Counted from the first letter of the stretch, positions 10,042 to 19,927 are shown. The stretch is DNA of 64,000 nt from an uncultured Chloroflexia bacterium (GCA_963813535.1 CAWEZH010000002.1:512001-576000), one strand, 5' to 3'. The notes: a model not told the origin generated them from the sequence alone. Program-made: numbers and translations.

Positions 10042-12543
10042 GTGACCCTCGGGCTCGAGCCCGAGCGCGAGGCGCCCGGTGCCTCCGCGCGGGATCCCGA
10101 CGCCGGGGAGCGGTACGTCGAGGTCGCGATCGACGCTGCCGGCGCCGGCGGTAACCGCCCGTACACCTACGTCGTCCCGCCTCGCCTCGCGGACCTGCAG
10201 GATGGCGAGGCGGTCCTGGTCGAGTTCGGGCGGCGGCAGGCTCTCGGCGTCATCCTCGGCGCGGCCGAGGGTCGTCCCGCGGCCGGTACCGACATCAAGC
10301 CGATCGTCGACCGGGTCCGCGCCGACGGGCCGCTGCTCCCGCCGCTGACGCTCGCCCTCGCGCGCTGGATCGCGGCCCACTATCTCGCGCCGCCGGCGCT
10401 GGTCATCCGGTCGATGCTACCGCCGGGCCTGCTCGAACGGCTCGAGCTCGTGGCCGAGCGGACACCACTCCCCGCCGACCATGTGGCGACGGTCGACGAC
10501 GCGGTCGACCTGGACCTGCTCGAGCAGCTCTCGACCGGTGCCCGGCCGGCGCGCGACCTTGCCGCACCGGACGGTCGCGCCGGGCTTCTCCGCCGGTTGC
10601 GTGCCCTCGCGGATGCGGGGCTGATCGCGCTCGACTGGACGCTGCTCGGGGCATCCGCCGGGCCGCGCTACGAACGCTGGCTGCGCGCAACATCGGAGGG
10701 TCGCGATGTCGCGCGCGTCCTCGCCGAAGACGGCCGGCCGAGCGGCCGCCCGCTCGGGCCACGCCAGGTCGCCGCGCTCGGTGAGCTGGCAGGAGCACCC
10801 GACGGTGCGGCCGGCCCCGAGGTAGCCGGCCGGCACGGCACGGCGGCGATCGCCGGGCTCGTCCGACGTGGTCTGGTCGAGACCGAGACACGGGAACGAC
10901 CGCGCCGACCGCTCGCGGCGCGGCGCCCGGGTCTGCGGGGTGGCCGGCCTCCCGCCGCGGACCTGTCACCCGAGCAGTCGGAGGCCGTCGGCCGGGTCGC
11001 ACACGCCATCGAGACCCGTGCGTCGCGCCCGCTCCTCCTCGATGGCGTCACCGGCGGCGGCAAGACGGCCATCTACGTCGAGGCGATCTCGGCGTCGCTC
11101 GAGGCGGGTCGACCGGCGCTGGTCCTGGTCCCCGAGATCTCGATGGCGATGCCACTCGTCGACCGGCTGCGCGCCGACCTCGATGCCCGCGTGGCCTTGG
11201 TCCACTCCGGTCTGGGTGACGGCGAGCGGGCCGACGAATGGCGACGGATCCGGGCCGGCGACGTCGACATCGTCGTGGGCACACGGTTGGCGGTCGTCGC
11301 GCCACTGGCCGATGTCGGCGTCGTGATCGTCGACGAGGAGCACGACCCGGCCTACAAGAGCGACCGCACGCCCCGGCTGCAGGCGCGCGACGCCGCGATC
11401 CGGCTCGGCGAACGTGCCGGCGCAGCGGTGGTGCTCGGGTCGGCCACGCCGGCCGTCGAAAGCCTCGGCCGCGCGTTGGACGGCCGCTACGATCGAGTGG
11501 TCCTGCCGACCCGACCGACGGGTGTGGCGCCGCACGTCGAGGTCGCCGACATGCGCGCGGAGCTGGCGGAGGGCAACCGTGGCCTCCTGTCCCGCGCGCT
11601 CGACGACGCCCTGACCGCGCTCGATACGACGAGGGGCGACCAGGCCATCCTCGTCCTCAATCGACGCGGCACCGCCTCGGTCGTCCTATGCCGGGACTGC
11701 GGTCATGTCCAGGCATGCCCCGACTGTGAGCGACCGCTCGTCTACCACCAGGCCGGCACGACGCTGCGCTGCCACCACTGTGGCCGAGCCACGCCCCTCG
11801 CGACCCGATGCCCGGAGTGTCACTCACCGAGGATCCGCTACCTCGGGGGTGGTACCGAGCGCGTGGAACGCGAGGTCCGCGAGGCACACGCGTCCCTGCG
11901 CGTCGGGCGGCTCGATCGTGACGTCGCCGACCGACGCGGCGCCGCCGAGCGCGTCATCGATGCCTTCTCGGCGGGCGAGATCGACGTCCTCGTCGGCACC
12001 AGCCTCGTCGCAAAGGGTCTCGACGTGCCGAGCGTCATCCTGGTCGGGATCGTGTCCTCCGACGTCGCGCTGAACCTGCCCGACGAACGCGCCGCCGAAC
12101 GCACATATCAGCTCCTTCGCCAGGCGGTCGGGCGAGCTGGGCGCGGTGAGAGGCCCGGCCGAGCGATCGTCCAGACCTACCAGCCCGATCACCCGGTCAT
12201 CCGAGCCGTGGTGACCGGCGAGAGCGATGACTTCTACGCCGCGGAACTGGACCTGCGACGTCGTTTCGCGTCGCCGCCCTTCGGATCCATCGTGAAGCTG
12301 ACCGTCGCACTCCCCGAGCGAGACGCCGCGGAGCGGGTGGGGGAGGAGATGGCGGAACGCCTTCGAGCACGAGCCGTGGGCACGGCGACATCCGTCGTCG
12401 GACCGGCTCCCGCCTACATCGCCCGGCGCAACGACCGCTGGCGGTACCACGTCATCATCCGTGGGGACGATCCGCTGGCCGTGCTGGGCGGCGACCCGGG
12501 CCCGCCCTGGTCGGTCGACGTCGATCCCGACTCGCTGCTCTAG
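10042..12543 (+). CDS. priA: primosomal protein N' helicase
   Basis: GVTGGGKT, VLVPEI, VDEEHD, GSATP, four CxxC pairs, GRAGR, VDVDP C-terminus. Confidence 0.96.
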   Translation: MTLGLEPEREAPGASARDPDAGERYVEVAIDAAGAGGNRPYTYVVPPRLADLQDGEAVLVEFGRRQALGVILGAAEGRPAAGTDIKPIVDRVRADGPLLPPLTLALARWIAAHYLAPPALVIRSMLPPGLLERLELVAERTPLPADHVATVDDAVDLDLLEQLSTGARPARDLAAPDGRAGLLRRLRALADAGLIALDWTLLGASAGPRYERWLRATSEGRDVARVLAEDGRPSGRPLGPRQVAALGELAGAPDGAAGPEVAGRHGTAAIAGLVRRGLVETETRERPRRPLAARRPGLRGGRPPAADLSPEQSEAVGRVAHAIETRASRPLLLDGVTGGGKTAIYVEAISASLEAGRPALVLVPEISMAMPLVDRLRADLDARVALVHSGLGDGERADEWRRIRAGDVDIVVGTRLAVVAPLADVGVVIVDEEHDPAYKSDRTPRLQARDAAIRLGERAGAAVVLGSATPAVESLGRALDGRYDRVVLPTRPTGVAPHVEVADMRAELAEGNRGLLSRALDDALTALDTTRGDQAILVLNRRGTASVVLCRDCGHVQACPDCERPLVYHQAGTTLRCHHCGRATPLATRCPECHSPRIRYLGGGTERVEREVREAHASLRVGRLDRDVADRRGAAERVIDAFSAGEIDVLVGTSLVAKGLDVPSVILVGIVSSDVALNLPDERAAERTYQLLRQAVGRAGRGERPGRAIVQTYQPDHPVIRAVVTGESDDFYAAELDLRRRFASPPFGSIVKLTVALPERDAAERVGEEMAERLRARAVGTATSVVGPAPAYIARRNDRWRYHVIIRGDDPLAVLGGDPGPPWSVDVDPDSLL

Positions 12544-12546
12544 GCC

Positions 12547-12795
12547 TTAGTCGACCTTCAGGCGGTACGCGACGAGGACGCCGCCGACCATCCGCTCAAG
12601 ACCCTGCAGATATTCGAGCTGGCTGGCCTCGAGCTCGACGGGGGTCAGGCCGGCGCCGATCGTGTCGGGATCGACGGTGCCCCACGAGCTCGGCGCATAG
12701 GCCATGACGACATCGGTGTCGAGCGTCCGCTCGGCCTCATGGACCAGGTCGATCGCGGCCGGCTCGAGGTCGGCGAAACTCCATTCGATAGCCAT
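12547..12795 (-). CDS. small hypothetical protein (82 aa)
   Basis: GGAGG SD upstream of the MAIEWSF start; acidic globular-like sequence; minus-strand TATCAT at 12827-12832. Confidence 0.65.
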   Translation of the reverse strand: MAIEWSFADLEPAAIDLVHEAERTLDTDVVMAYAPSSWGTVDPDTIGAGLTPVELEASQLEYLQGLERMVGGVLVAYRLKVD

Positions 12796-12910
12796 CGGCG
12801 GACCTCCGTGCGTCTCTGCACCGCCGATGATACGTCCGGGACCATCGGCGCTCGTGTGCCCGAACGGCGTTCGTGCGAGGATGCGCTCCCACGACCCGGA
12901 GGACGCACCC

Positions 12911-13354
12911 ATGACCGACCCCTTCAACCCCAGCCATGATGAACCTGCCGAAGGCCCCCGCGACGCTGACTACTCGTCCGGGTCCGGAGCGGATACGGCG
13001 AAGGACGGCGCGGGCGATGCCGCGGCGAACGCCAGCGCCAAGGCCACGGAGGTCCTCGGCCAGATCCGTGTCGCGGTCGACGACTTGGCCGTGAAGGCCG
13101 CGCCGACCGTCCGCGAGTTCTCGGCCAAGGCCGCCGACCTCGTCGCCGTTGCCGCGGACAAGGCCGCGCCGTTCGCGCACAAGGCGGGCGAGGCTACGGC
13201 GGACGCGAGCAGCAAGCTGGCCGTGAAGTCGCGGAGCTGGGCCGCCGACATCCGCGAGCAGGTCATCGCCGCAGACAAGGGCGGCGCAGCCGACGTCGGA
13301 GATGCGGCCAAGGACGCCGCGCAGGACGCCGCCAAGAACGAGCCGCCGCTCTAG
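12911..13354 (+). CDS. Ala/Asp/Lys-rich hypothetical helical protein
   Basis: GGAGG SD before ATG 12911; GC3-rich codons; amphipathic A/K/D-rich helices. Confidence 0.7.
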   Translation: MTDPFNPSHDEPAEGPRDADYSSGSGADTAKDGAGDAAANASAKATEVLGQIRVAVDDLAVKAAPTVREFSAKAADLVAVAADKAAPFAHKAGEATADASSKLAVKSRSWAADIREQVIAADKGGAADVGDAAKDAAQDAAKNEPPL

Positions 13355-13404
13355 GTCCGGACGCGGCCAGCTCGACACGCTGGTCGCCCATATACTTCGC
13401 GCCG

Positions 13405-13920
13405 ATGTCCGTACGACCGATCGTCATGCTGGGCGATCCACGGCTGCGCCTGAAGGGCAAGCCCGTGGATTCGTTCGGCAAGTACCTCCACGAGCTCCTC
13501 GACGACCTGGCCCACACGATGCGTGATGCGCCGGGTGTGGGCCTTGCCGCGCCCCAGCTGGGCGAGGCGATGATGGCGTGTGTCATCGAAGTGGAGGACC
13601 ACCTCTACGAGCTGGTCAACCCGAGGATCATCCGGGCGACCGGGGACGATCGCGATCTCGAGGGCTGCCTGTCGATCCCGGGCTACGTCGCCTACGTGAA
13701 CCGACGGGAGAAGGTCTGGGTGGTCGCCCAGGACCGGCAGGGCAAGAAGTTCAAGGTCGCGGGATCCGGGCTCCTCGGGCGGGCGCTCCAGCACGAGCTG
13801 GATCACCTCGACGGCAAGCTCTACATCGACTATCTCGACTCGATGGATGAGCTGATTCCCGTCGGCCAGGGTGACGAGGACGACGCGGAGGTCCGCGAGG
13901 CGACGAGCGCCCTGGCGTGA
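13405..13920 (+). CDS. def: peptide deformylase
   Basis: GVGLAAPQ, EGCLS, QHELDH. Confidence 0.97.
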   Translation: MSVRPIVMLGDPRLRLKGKPVDSFGKYLHELLDDLAHTMRDAPGVGLAAPQLGEAMMACVIEVEDHLYELVNPRIIRATGDDRDLEGCLSIPGYVAYVNRREKVWVVAQDRQGKKFKVAGSGLLGRALQHELDHLDGKLYIDYLDSMDELIPVGQGDEDDAEVREATSALA

Positions 13921-14849
13921 CGGGAGGACGGGCACGCACCGTCTTCTTCGGCAGCGGCGGGTTCGGCCGCGAAACTCTGTGGCGGCTCGGCGAGCACCCG
14001 GACGTCGAGCTCGTCGGGGTCGTCACGGCCCCACCGCGACCGGCGGGCCGGGGCGGCCGTACGACCACCACGCCCATCCACGACGCTGCTCGGCACATCG
14101 AGGTCCGCCCGATCCTCACGCCAGATCGGTTGCGCGAAGCCGTTGCGATCGCGGAGATCGAGGCCCTCGCGCCGGACCTCATCGTCCTCGCCGATTACGG
14201 CCAGATCGTGCCCGCGGCGCTGCTCGACCGCCCACACGGTGCCCTCAACCTCCATCCCTCGCTCCTGCCGCGCTACCGGGGTGCGACGCCCATCCCGGCC
14301 GCCATCCTGGCCGGGGACACGGAGACTGGGGTCACCCTCATGCGCATGGACGCGGGACTCGACACCGGACCCATCGTGGCGCAGTCGCACGTCCGCCTCG
14401 TCGGCGACGAGACGACGCCGCTGCTCGAGGAGTCGCTCGAGCTGGAGGCCGCCGCCCTGATCACGAGGTACATCGGCCCATGGCTACGCGGCAAGGTCAT
14501 CGCCACGCCACAGCCCGACGAGGGCGCGACGGTGACCCGACCGTTGCACCGTGACGATGGACGCCTCGACCCGCGTCGACCGGCGATCGAGCTGGAGCGT
14601 CAGGTGCGTGCCTATCAGCCGTGGCCGGGCTCGTACGTGGAGACGCCCCTCGGTCGGCTGATCGTCTGGCGCGCCGACGTCGAGCCGAGTGGGCCACCCG
14701 TCGGGACGTTCGACAGCGAGGGATTGGGGACCGGCGACGGTGCCAGGCTGCGTCTCCGCGAGGTCCAACCGGCGGGCGGCACGCAGATGTCGTGGGATGC
14801 CTACGTCAGGGGCCGACCGGCGATCGTCGGCGGTAGCATCGTCCTGTGA
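13917..14849 (+). CDS. fmt: methionyl-tRNA formyltransferase
   Basis: NLHPSLLPRYRGATP, GVTLMRMDAGLDTG; def-fmt pair. Confidence 0.96.
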   Translation: MTGGRARTVFFGSGGFGRETLWRLGEHPDVELVGVVTAPPRPAGRGGRTTTTPIHDAARHIEVRPILTPDRLREAVAIAEIEALAPDLIVLADYGQIVPAALLDRPHGALNLHPSLLPRYRGATPIPAAILAGDTETGVTLMRMDAGLDTGPIVAQSHVRLVGDETTPLLEESLELEAAALITRYIGPWLRGKVIATPQPDEGATVTRPLHRDDGRLDPRRPAIELERQVRAYQPWPGSYVETPLGRLIVWRADVEPSGPPVGTFDSEGLGTGDGARLRLREVQPAGGTQMSWDAYVRGRPAIVGGSIVL

Positions 14850-16027
14850 CCACCGATCGCACGCCGGGCATCTCCGGCCTGACGCCGGACGAGCTGGCCG
14901 CGTGGGTGGCGGCGCGCGGCGAGCCCTCCTACCGGGCGCGCCAGATCGCCGACGCCGTCTGGAAGGATGGCGGTGTGACCGATCCGTCCGCCATCCGGAC
15001 GTTGCCGCCGCCGCTCCGCGACGGGCTCGCCGACGACTTCAGCTTCGACACGGTGGCCGACACGGAGATCCGCCTCGCCGACGGCGGCCAGACGGAAAAG
15101 GCGCTCCATCGGCTCGACGATGGGGCATTGATCGAGTCGGTGCTGATGCACTACCCGGCGCGCGGCGCTTCCCGCGAGCGACACACCCTGTGCATCTCGA
15201 GCCAGGCCGGTTGCGCCGTCGGTTGTCCGTTCTGCGCCACTGGCGAGCTCGGGGCCGGCCGAGACCTGGAGGTCGCCGAGATCGTCGACCAGGCCCGCCA
15301 CGCCCAGCGACGACTCACGGCCGAGGAGAGCCGGCTCACGAACGTCGTGTTCATGGGCATGGGCGAGCCGCTGCTCAACCTGGATCGGGTGTTGGGAGCC
15401 GTCGAGGCACTCAACGATGCGCGGCGGTTCGGGCTCGGCGCACGTCATATCACCGTGTCGACCTCGGGCGTCGTTCCCGGGATCCGGCGGCTCACGGCGC
15501 TCGGACCGCAGTTCACGCTCGCCATCTCGCTCCACGCTGCGCGCGACGCTTTGCGTGACGTGCTCGTGCCGTTGAACCGCCGCTGGCCCGTCGCCGAGGT
15601 GGTCGGGGCGGCCCGCGATCACGCCCGGGCGACCGGCCGGCGGATCACGTACGAGGCGACGATGATCGGCGGGGTCAACGACACCGACCTCGACGCCGGC
15701 TCGATGGCCGACCTGCTGCGCGGCGATCACGCGCACGTCAACCTGATCCCGATGAACCCCGTCGCGCATACCCCGTGGCAGGCCAGCCCGATGCCGGTCA
15801 TCGAGCGGTTCGCCGCGACCCTGCGCGAGGCGGGCATCTCGACGACGATCCGGCGCAATCGCGGCCAGGAGGTCGGTGCGGCCTGCGGTCAGCTCGCGGC
15901 GGAACGGACCGGCGAGCCAGCGGTCCCCGCCGTCGCCCGCCGGCGCGAGCGCCTGGAAGCCGAGAGTGCCGCAGCGTTGCGCGGGGAGCGCAGCCACGAG
16001 CCCGTTCCGGTCGGCGTGGGCGAATAG
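14846..16027 (+). CDS. rlmN: 23S rRNA m2A2503 / tRNA radical SAM methyltransferase
   Basis: CISSQAGCAVGCPFC, FMGMGEP, ISLHA, AACGQL. Confidence 0.93.
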   Translation: MTTDRTPGISGLTPDELAAWVAARGEPSYRARQIADAVWKDGGVTDPSAIRTLPPPLRDGLADDFSFDTVADTEIRLADGGQTEKALHRLDDGALIESVLMHYPARGASRERHTLCISSQAGCAVGCPFCATGELGAGRDLEVAEIVDQARHAQRRLTAEESRLTNVVFMGMGEPLLNLDRVLGAVEALNDARRFGLGARHITVSTSGVVPGIRRLTALGPQFTLAISLHAARDALRDVLVPLNRRWPVAEVVGAARDHARATGRRITYEATMIGGVNDTDLDAGSMADLLRGDHAHVNLIPMNPVAHTPWQASPMPVIERFAATLREAGISTTIRRNRGQEVGAACGQLAAERTGEPAVPAVARRRERLEAESAAALRGERSHEPVPVGVGE

Positions 16028-16028
16028 G

Positions 16029-16994
16029 GTGGCAAGTCGGGCCCGCATCGCGGCGTCCATCCTCGACGCCGACCTCGGCAATCTCGCGTACGCCGTCCGC
16101 CGTGTGGTCGCCGCCGGCGCCGACCGGGTCCATCTCGACGTGATGGATGGGCATTTCGTCCCGAACCTGACGTTCGGTCCCAAGACCATCAAGGCGCTCC
16201 GCCCTCGGACGACCCTCCCGTTCGATGCGCATCTCATGATCGCCGAGCCCGGTCGCTATATCGAGGAATACATCGATGCGGGCTGCGACTCGATCACGTT
16301 CCACGTCGAGATCGAGGAACCGATCGGGCCGACCCTGCAGGCGATCCGGGACGCGGGACGGGCGGTCGGCCTCGCCGTCAAGCCGGGGACGCCGGTATCC
16401 GCCCTCGAGCCCTACGCGGAGCTCCTCGACATCGTCCTGATCATGACCGTGGAGCCCGGTTTCGGCGGGCAACAGTTCATGAAGGACGTGCTTGCGGCCA
16501 AGACGTCCGGAGCGCGCGATGTGCTGCGCCACAAGCTGTACGGCGGCGAGATGCATGTCGACGGTGGCATCAACCGCGAGACGGCCGAGATCGCCGGTTC
16601 CCTCGGGGTCGATGTGTTCGTGGTCGGCTCAGCCCTGTTCGTCCGCGGCCGCGACATGGGCCGCGAGGTCCGGCTCATCCGAGCCCTTGCCGACGAGGGC
16701 TTCCAGTACGGCCCCAACGATGGCAAGCCGCCCATCCCGACCGACCAGATGACGCCGTTCACGTCGTTGCCGAAGCACCTCGCCCATCGCCTGATGGACG
16801 AGATCGAGGCGACCGGCATCCCCGTGATGATGTTGCGCGGCGACGGGCAGATCAATCCGGACGGCGTGCGTGACTACGACCTGCTCATCCCGGCGTCGGT
16901 CGAGGAGCACGTCATCGGCGCGCATGGTCCGTCACGGGATCGCTTCCAGGCCGAGGCGGACGCCTGGCGTGCCTCGTTCGCGACCAAGGCGTGA
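16029..16994 (+). CDS. rpe: ribulose-phosphate 3-epimerase with C-terminal extension
   Basis: HLDVMDGHFVPNLTFG, DAHLM, MTVEPGFGGQ, VDGGI; GTG start at 16029. Confidence 0.93.
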   Translation: MASRARIAASILDADLGNLAYAVRRVVAAGADRVHLDVMDGHFVPNLTFGPKTIKALRPRTTLPFDAHLMIAEPGRYIEEYIDAGCDSITFHVEIEEPIGPTLQAIRDAGRAVGLAVKPGTPVSALEPYAELLDIVLIMTVEPGFGGQQFMKDVLAAKTSGARDVLRHKLYGGEMHVDGGINRETAEIAGSLGVDVFVVGSALFVRGRDMGREVRLIRALADEGFQYGPNDGKPPIPTDQMTPFTSLPKHLAHRLMDEIEATGIPVMMLRGDGQINPDGVRDYDLLIPASVEEHVIGAHGPSRDRFQAEADAWRASFATKA

Positions 16995-17437
16995 GAGCCC
17001 TCCTGCAGCGGACGACCGGAGCGTCGGTCCGCGTCGGTGCGCAGGTCGTCGCGTCGATCGGGCAGGGGCTCGTGGTGCTGGTCGGTGTCGGCCACGATGA
17101 CGACGCGAGTGTGGCCGACGCCCTCGCACGCCGCGTGGCCGAGCTGCGAATCTTCCGCGACGAGGAAGGTCGGACCAACCGGTCGCTCGTCGACGTCCGC
17201 GGAGAGGCGCTGGTGGTGTCCCAGTTCACGCTCTTCGCGGACACGAGCCGCGGTCGCCGACCCGGGTTCACCGGCGCGGCCACGCCGGAGAAGGCCGATC
17301 GGCTCTACGAACGGTTCGCAGCCGCACTCCGCGAGCATGACGTGCGGGTCGAGACGGGCCGCTTCGGGGCCGAGATGGCGGTGGAGCTGGTGAACGATGG
17401 GCCGTTCACGATCTGGCTCGACAGCGCCGAGCGATAG
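16991..17437 (+). CDS. dtd: D-aminoacyl-tRNA deacylase
   Basis: SQFTL, GRRPGF, VNDGPFT. Confidence 0.96.
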   Translation: MRALLQRTTGASVRVGAQVVASIGQGLVVLVGVGHDDDASVADALARRVAELRIFRDEEGRTNRSLVDVRGEALVVSQFTLFADTSRGRRPGFTGAATPEKADRLYERFAAALREHDVRVETGRFGAEMAVELVNDGPFTIWLDSAER

Positions 17438-17457
17438 GGCGCCCGAGGGCGCGAGGC

Positions 17458-17655
17458 CTACTTCGAGGCCTTGAGCATCGTCCGTCGGCAGCGGGTGCAG
17501 ACGAGCGCCTTGACCGGCGACCCGTGGCGGTCTATGACGAGCGGCTGCAGGTTGGGTTGCATGCGACGGTGGGCTCGGACGCGGTTCGATCCCGACGACT
17601 GCGGGTTGAACCCGCCCATCGAGACCTTGCCGCAGATCGCACAGGAGCGAGCCAT
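17458..17655 (-). CDS. rpmB: 50S ribosomal protein L28
   Basis: MARSCAICGK...RRMQPNLQ...VCTRC; divergent from asp23-fakA, as in Firmicutes/Chloroflexota. Confidence 0.92.
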   Translation of the reverse strand: MARSCAICGKVSMGGFNPQSSGSNRVRAHRRMQPNLQPLVIDRHGSPVKALVCTRCRRTMLKASK

Positions 17656-17715
17656 GGGATCCTCAGGAAACGGTTCAAAAAAGAAGCGCTGGACCGACGG
17701 GTCCGAGCGGGGCGG

Positions 17716-17725
17716 TATGATAGCA
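17716..17725. promoter_or_regulatory. putative bidirectional -10 element (TATGAT on +, TG-C-TATCAT on -)
   Basis: TATGATAGCA between the divergent rpmB and asp23 genes. Confidence 0.55.
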
Positions 17726-17778
17726 CACGCTTTCGGCCACCCCGCCGCGAGAGCCCTCGAGGGAGGACCCCAGCCAGC

Positions 17779-18204
17779 GTGGCCATCCGTCCGACGCCCG
17801 GACGTTCACTCGTCACGGGCCGCGCGCTTCGCGATATCGTCCGGACGGCGACCCTCGGTTCGTACGGCGTCACCGGTTTCGCCGCAGGGCCGCTCGGTCG
17901 CCTGTTCGATCGCCTCGGGCTGGGCACGCCCGGCCTGGCGGTGCGCATGGACGATGGCATCGAGATCGAGCTCGACCTGACGGTCGCCCTGGGCGTCCCG
18001 GTCGCCGAGGTCGCCCGGCAGGTCGACTCCGCGATCCGCTACTCCGTTCGCCGTGCGCTCGATCAGGACGTCGGACGCATCACGATCCACGTCGGCGGTC
18101 TGCACGTGCCTGCCGGTGGCGCGCTTCCCCAGTCACCGACGGCACTGCCCGTCGGTAGCGTTCGGCCGCGCGACCTGGCCGACAGCGGGACGGACGTCGC
18201 CTAG
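17779..18204 (+). CDS. Asp23/Gls24 family protein (YloU-like)
   Basis: GGAGG SD; ATLGSYGVTG, V.LGVPVAEVARQV..AIRY; upstream of the DAK2 gene. Confidence 0.8.
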   Translation: MAIRPTPGRSLVTGRALRDIVRTATLGSYGVTGFAAGPLGRLFDRLGLGTPGLAVRMDDGIEIELDLTVALGVPVAEVARQVDSAIRYSVRRALDQDVGRITIHVGGLHVPAGGALPQSPTALPVGSVRPRDLADSGTDVA

Positions 18205-19920
18205 ATGGCCCGCCGCTCGTGTGACGGCAACGGGCTTCTCGAGGCATTCCGGGCGTCCGTCGCCAACCTCGAGGCGCACGTCGACGAGATCAACAGCCTC
18301 AACGTCTATCCCGTACCCGACGGCGACACGGGCTCGAACATGTTCGCGACGGTGAAGGCGGCGCTGGACGAAGCCGACGCCGTGGCCGGCCAGTCGGCCG
18401 ACCGGGTGGCCGCCGCGATCAGCTTCGGGGCGTTGATGGGGGCCCGGGGCAACTCCGGCGTGATCACGAGCCAGATCTTCCGGGGCATGGCCGAAGCGCT
18501 CGGCGGCAAGAAGCGCTTCAACGGGCTCGATCTCGCCCACGCGCTCAGCGAGGGCGCCAGGACGGCCTACGGCGCGGTCGCCAAACCCGTCGAGGGCACG
18601 ATCCTGACCGTGATCCGGGAGGCGGCGGCAGGTGCCGTCGAGGCGGCGGAGCATGACGACGACATCGAGACCGTGCTCGGCGCAACGCTGGCAGCGGCCG
18701 AGCGATCGGTCGCCAGGACACCGAGTCTGCTCGCCATCCTGCGCGAAGCGGGCGTCGTCGATTCGGGCGGGCAGGGTCTGTATCGGCTGTTCCAGGGCGC
18801 CCTGCTGCACCTGACCGGCAAGACGCCGGTAGGCGCCGCTCGCGGTCGCCGGAGCCAGGGCCCGAAGCCCAGCACGCTGGTCGCCCACGCGGACGAAGGG
18901 TTCGGCTACGAGACGATGTTCCTGCTGCGCGCACGCGGTCACGATCCGCTCGATGTCGATGCGATCCGCGACCATCTCGAGTCGATCGGCGAGTCCGTGC
19001 TCGTCGCGGGTGACGGCCGAGCCATCAAGGTCCACGTCCACAGCGAGCGTCCCGACCAGGTCATCGGCTTCGGCCTGTCGCTGGGCGACATGAGCCGGAT
19101 CACGGTGGAGAACCTCGACGATCAAGCCCGGGACGTCCGTGAGACCCGCGCTGCCGAGTTCACCGGAGCGCCGGCACCCGCACCGGCCGAGGCGGGCGAC
19201 GCGCCGGCAGGGCCGCGATCGGTCGCGGGGGAGGGGAACGGGACGGGACCGTCGAGCGCCTTGCCGAGCCTCGCCGTGATCGCGGTGACCGCCGGCGATG
19301 GTCTCGCGGCGATCTTCCGCGACTTCGGGGTGGCGTCAGTCGTCCAGGGCGGCCAGTCGGCCAATCCGAGCACCGGCGAGCTGCTCGAGGCCGTCGGCGC
19401 CGTCAAGGCCAGAGAGGTGCTGCTCCTCCCGAACAATCCGAACGTCGTCCTCGCTGCCCGCCAGGTCGCGTCCATGACGGATCGCGTGGTGCAGGTGGTC
19501 CCGACTCGCAACGCGGCCGAGGGCTTTGCGGCGCTGCTGGCTCTCGACCCAGGCATGGATGCGGAGTCCAATGTCGCCCCGATGACGGAGGCCGGCCGGG
19601 CGATCCAGTCGCTGGTCGTGACCGAGGCCGTGCGCGACGCGACGATCGGCGGCAAGAAGGTGAAGCGCGGTCAAACGATCGCGCTCGATCCGGACGACGG
19701 CCTCGTCGCGGTCGACGGCGATCGCGAGACGTGTGTTCGCAAGGCGATCGTGGCGCTGTCACCGGGCTTCGAGCTGGTCACGCTGTTCTACGGCGACGGC
19801 GCCGACCTGGCCGAGGCCGAGGCGATCGCCCGGTTGATCGGCACGGTCGTGCGCGGCGCCGAGATCGAGGTCCGGCACGGCGGCCAGCCCTACTACCGGT
19901 ACCTCATCTCGGCCGAGTAG
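18205..19920 (+). CDS. fakA: DAK2-domain fatty acid kinase subunit A (YloV)
   Basis: LNVYPVPDGDTGSNM, GARGNSG, GTILTV, VDSGGQG, GGQ.ANPS, GGQPYY. Confidence 0.93.
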   Translation: MARRSCDGNGLLEAFRASVANLEAHVDEINSLNVYPVPDGDTGSNMFATVKAALDEADAVAGQSADRVAAAISFGALMGARGNSGVITSQIFRGMAEALGGKKRFNGLDLAHALSEGARTAYGAVAKPVEGTILTVIREAAAGAVEAAEHDDDIETVLGATLAAAERSVARTPSLLAILREAGVVDSGGQGLYRLFQGALLHLTGKTPVGAARGRRSQGPKPSTLVAHADEGFGYETMFLLRARGHDPLDVDAIRDHLESIGESVLVAGDGRAIKVHVHSERPDQVIGFGLSLGDMSRITVENLDDQARDVRETRAAEFTGAPAPAPAEAGDAPAGPRSVAGEGNGTGPSSALPSLAVIAVTAGDGLAAIFRDFGVASVVQGGQSANPSTGELLEAVGAVKAREVLLLPNNPNVVLAARQVASMTDRVVQVVPTRNAAEGFAALLALDPGMDAESNVAPMTEAGRAIQSLVVTEAVRDATIGGKKVKRGQTIALDPDDGLVAVDGDRETCVRKAIVALSPGFELVTLFYGDGADLAEAEAIARLIGTVVRGAEIEVRHGGQPYYRYLISAE

Positions 19921-19927
19921 CGGCTGC

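Noticed and set aside
14846-16027. Cfr-type resistance methyltransferase
   Set aside because: The core-operon context and MGMGEP-type motifs fit housekeeping RlmN.
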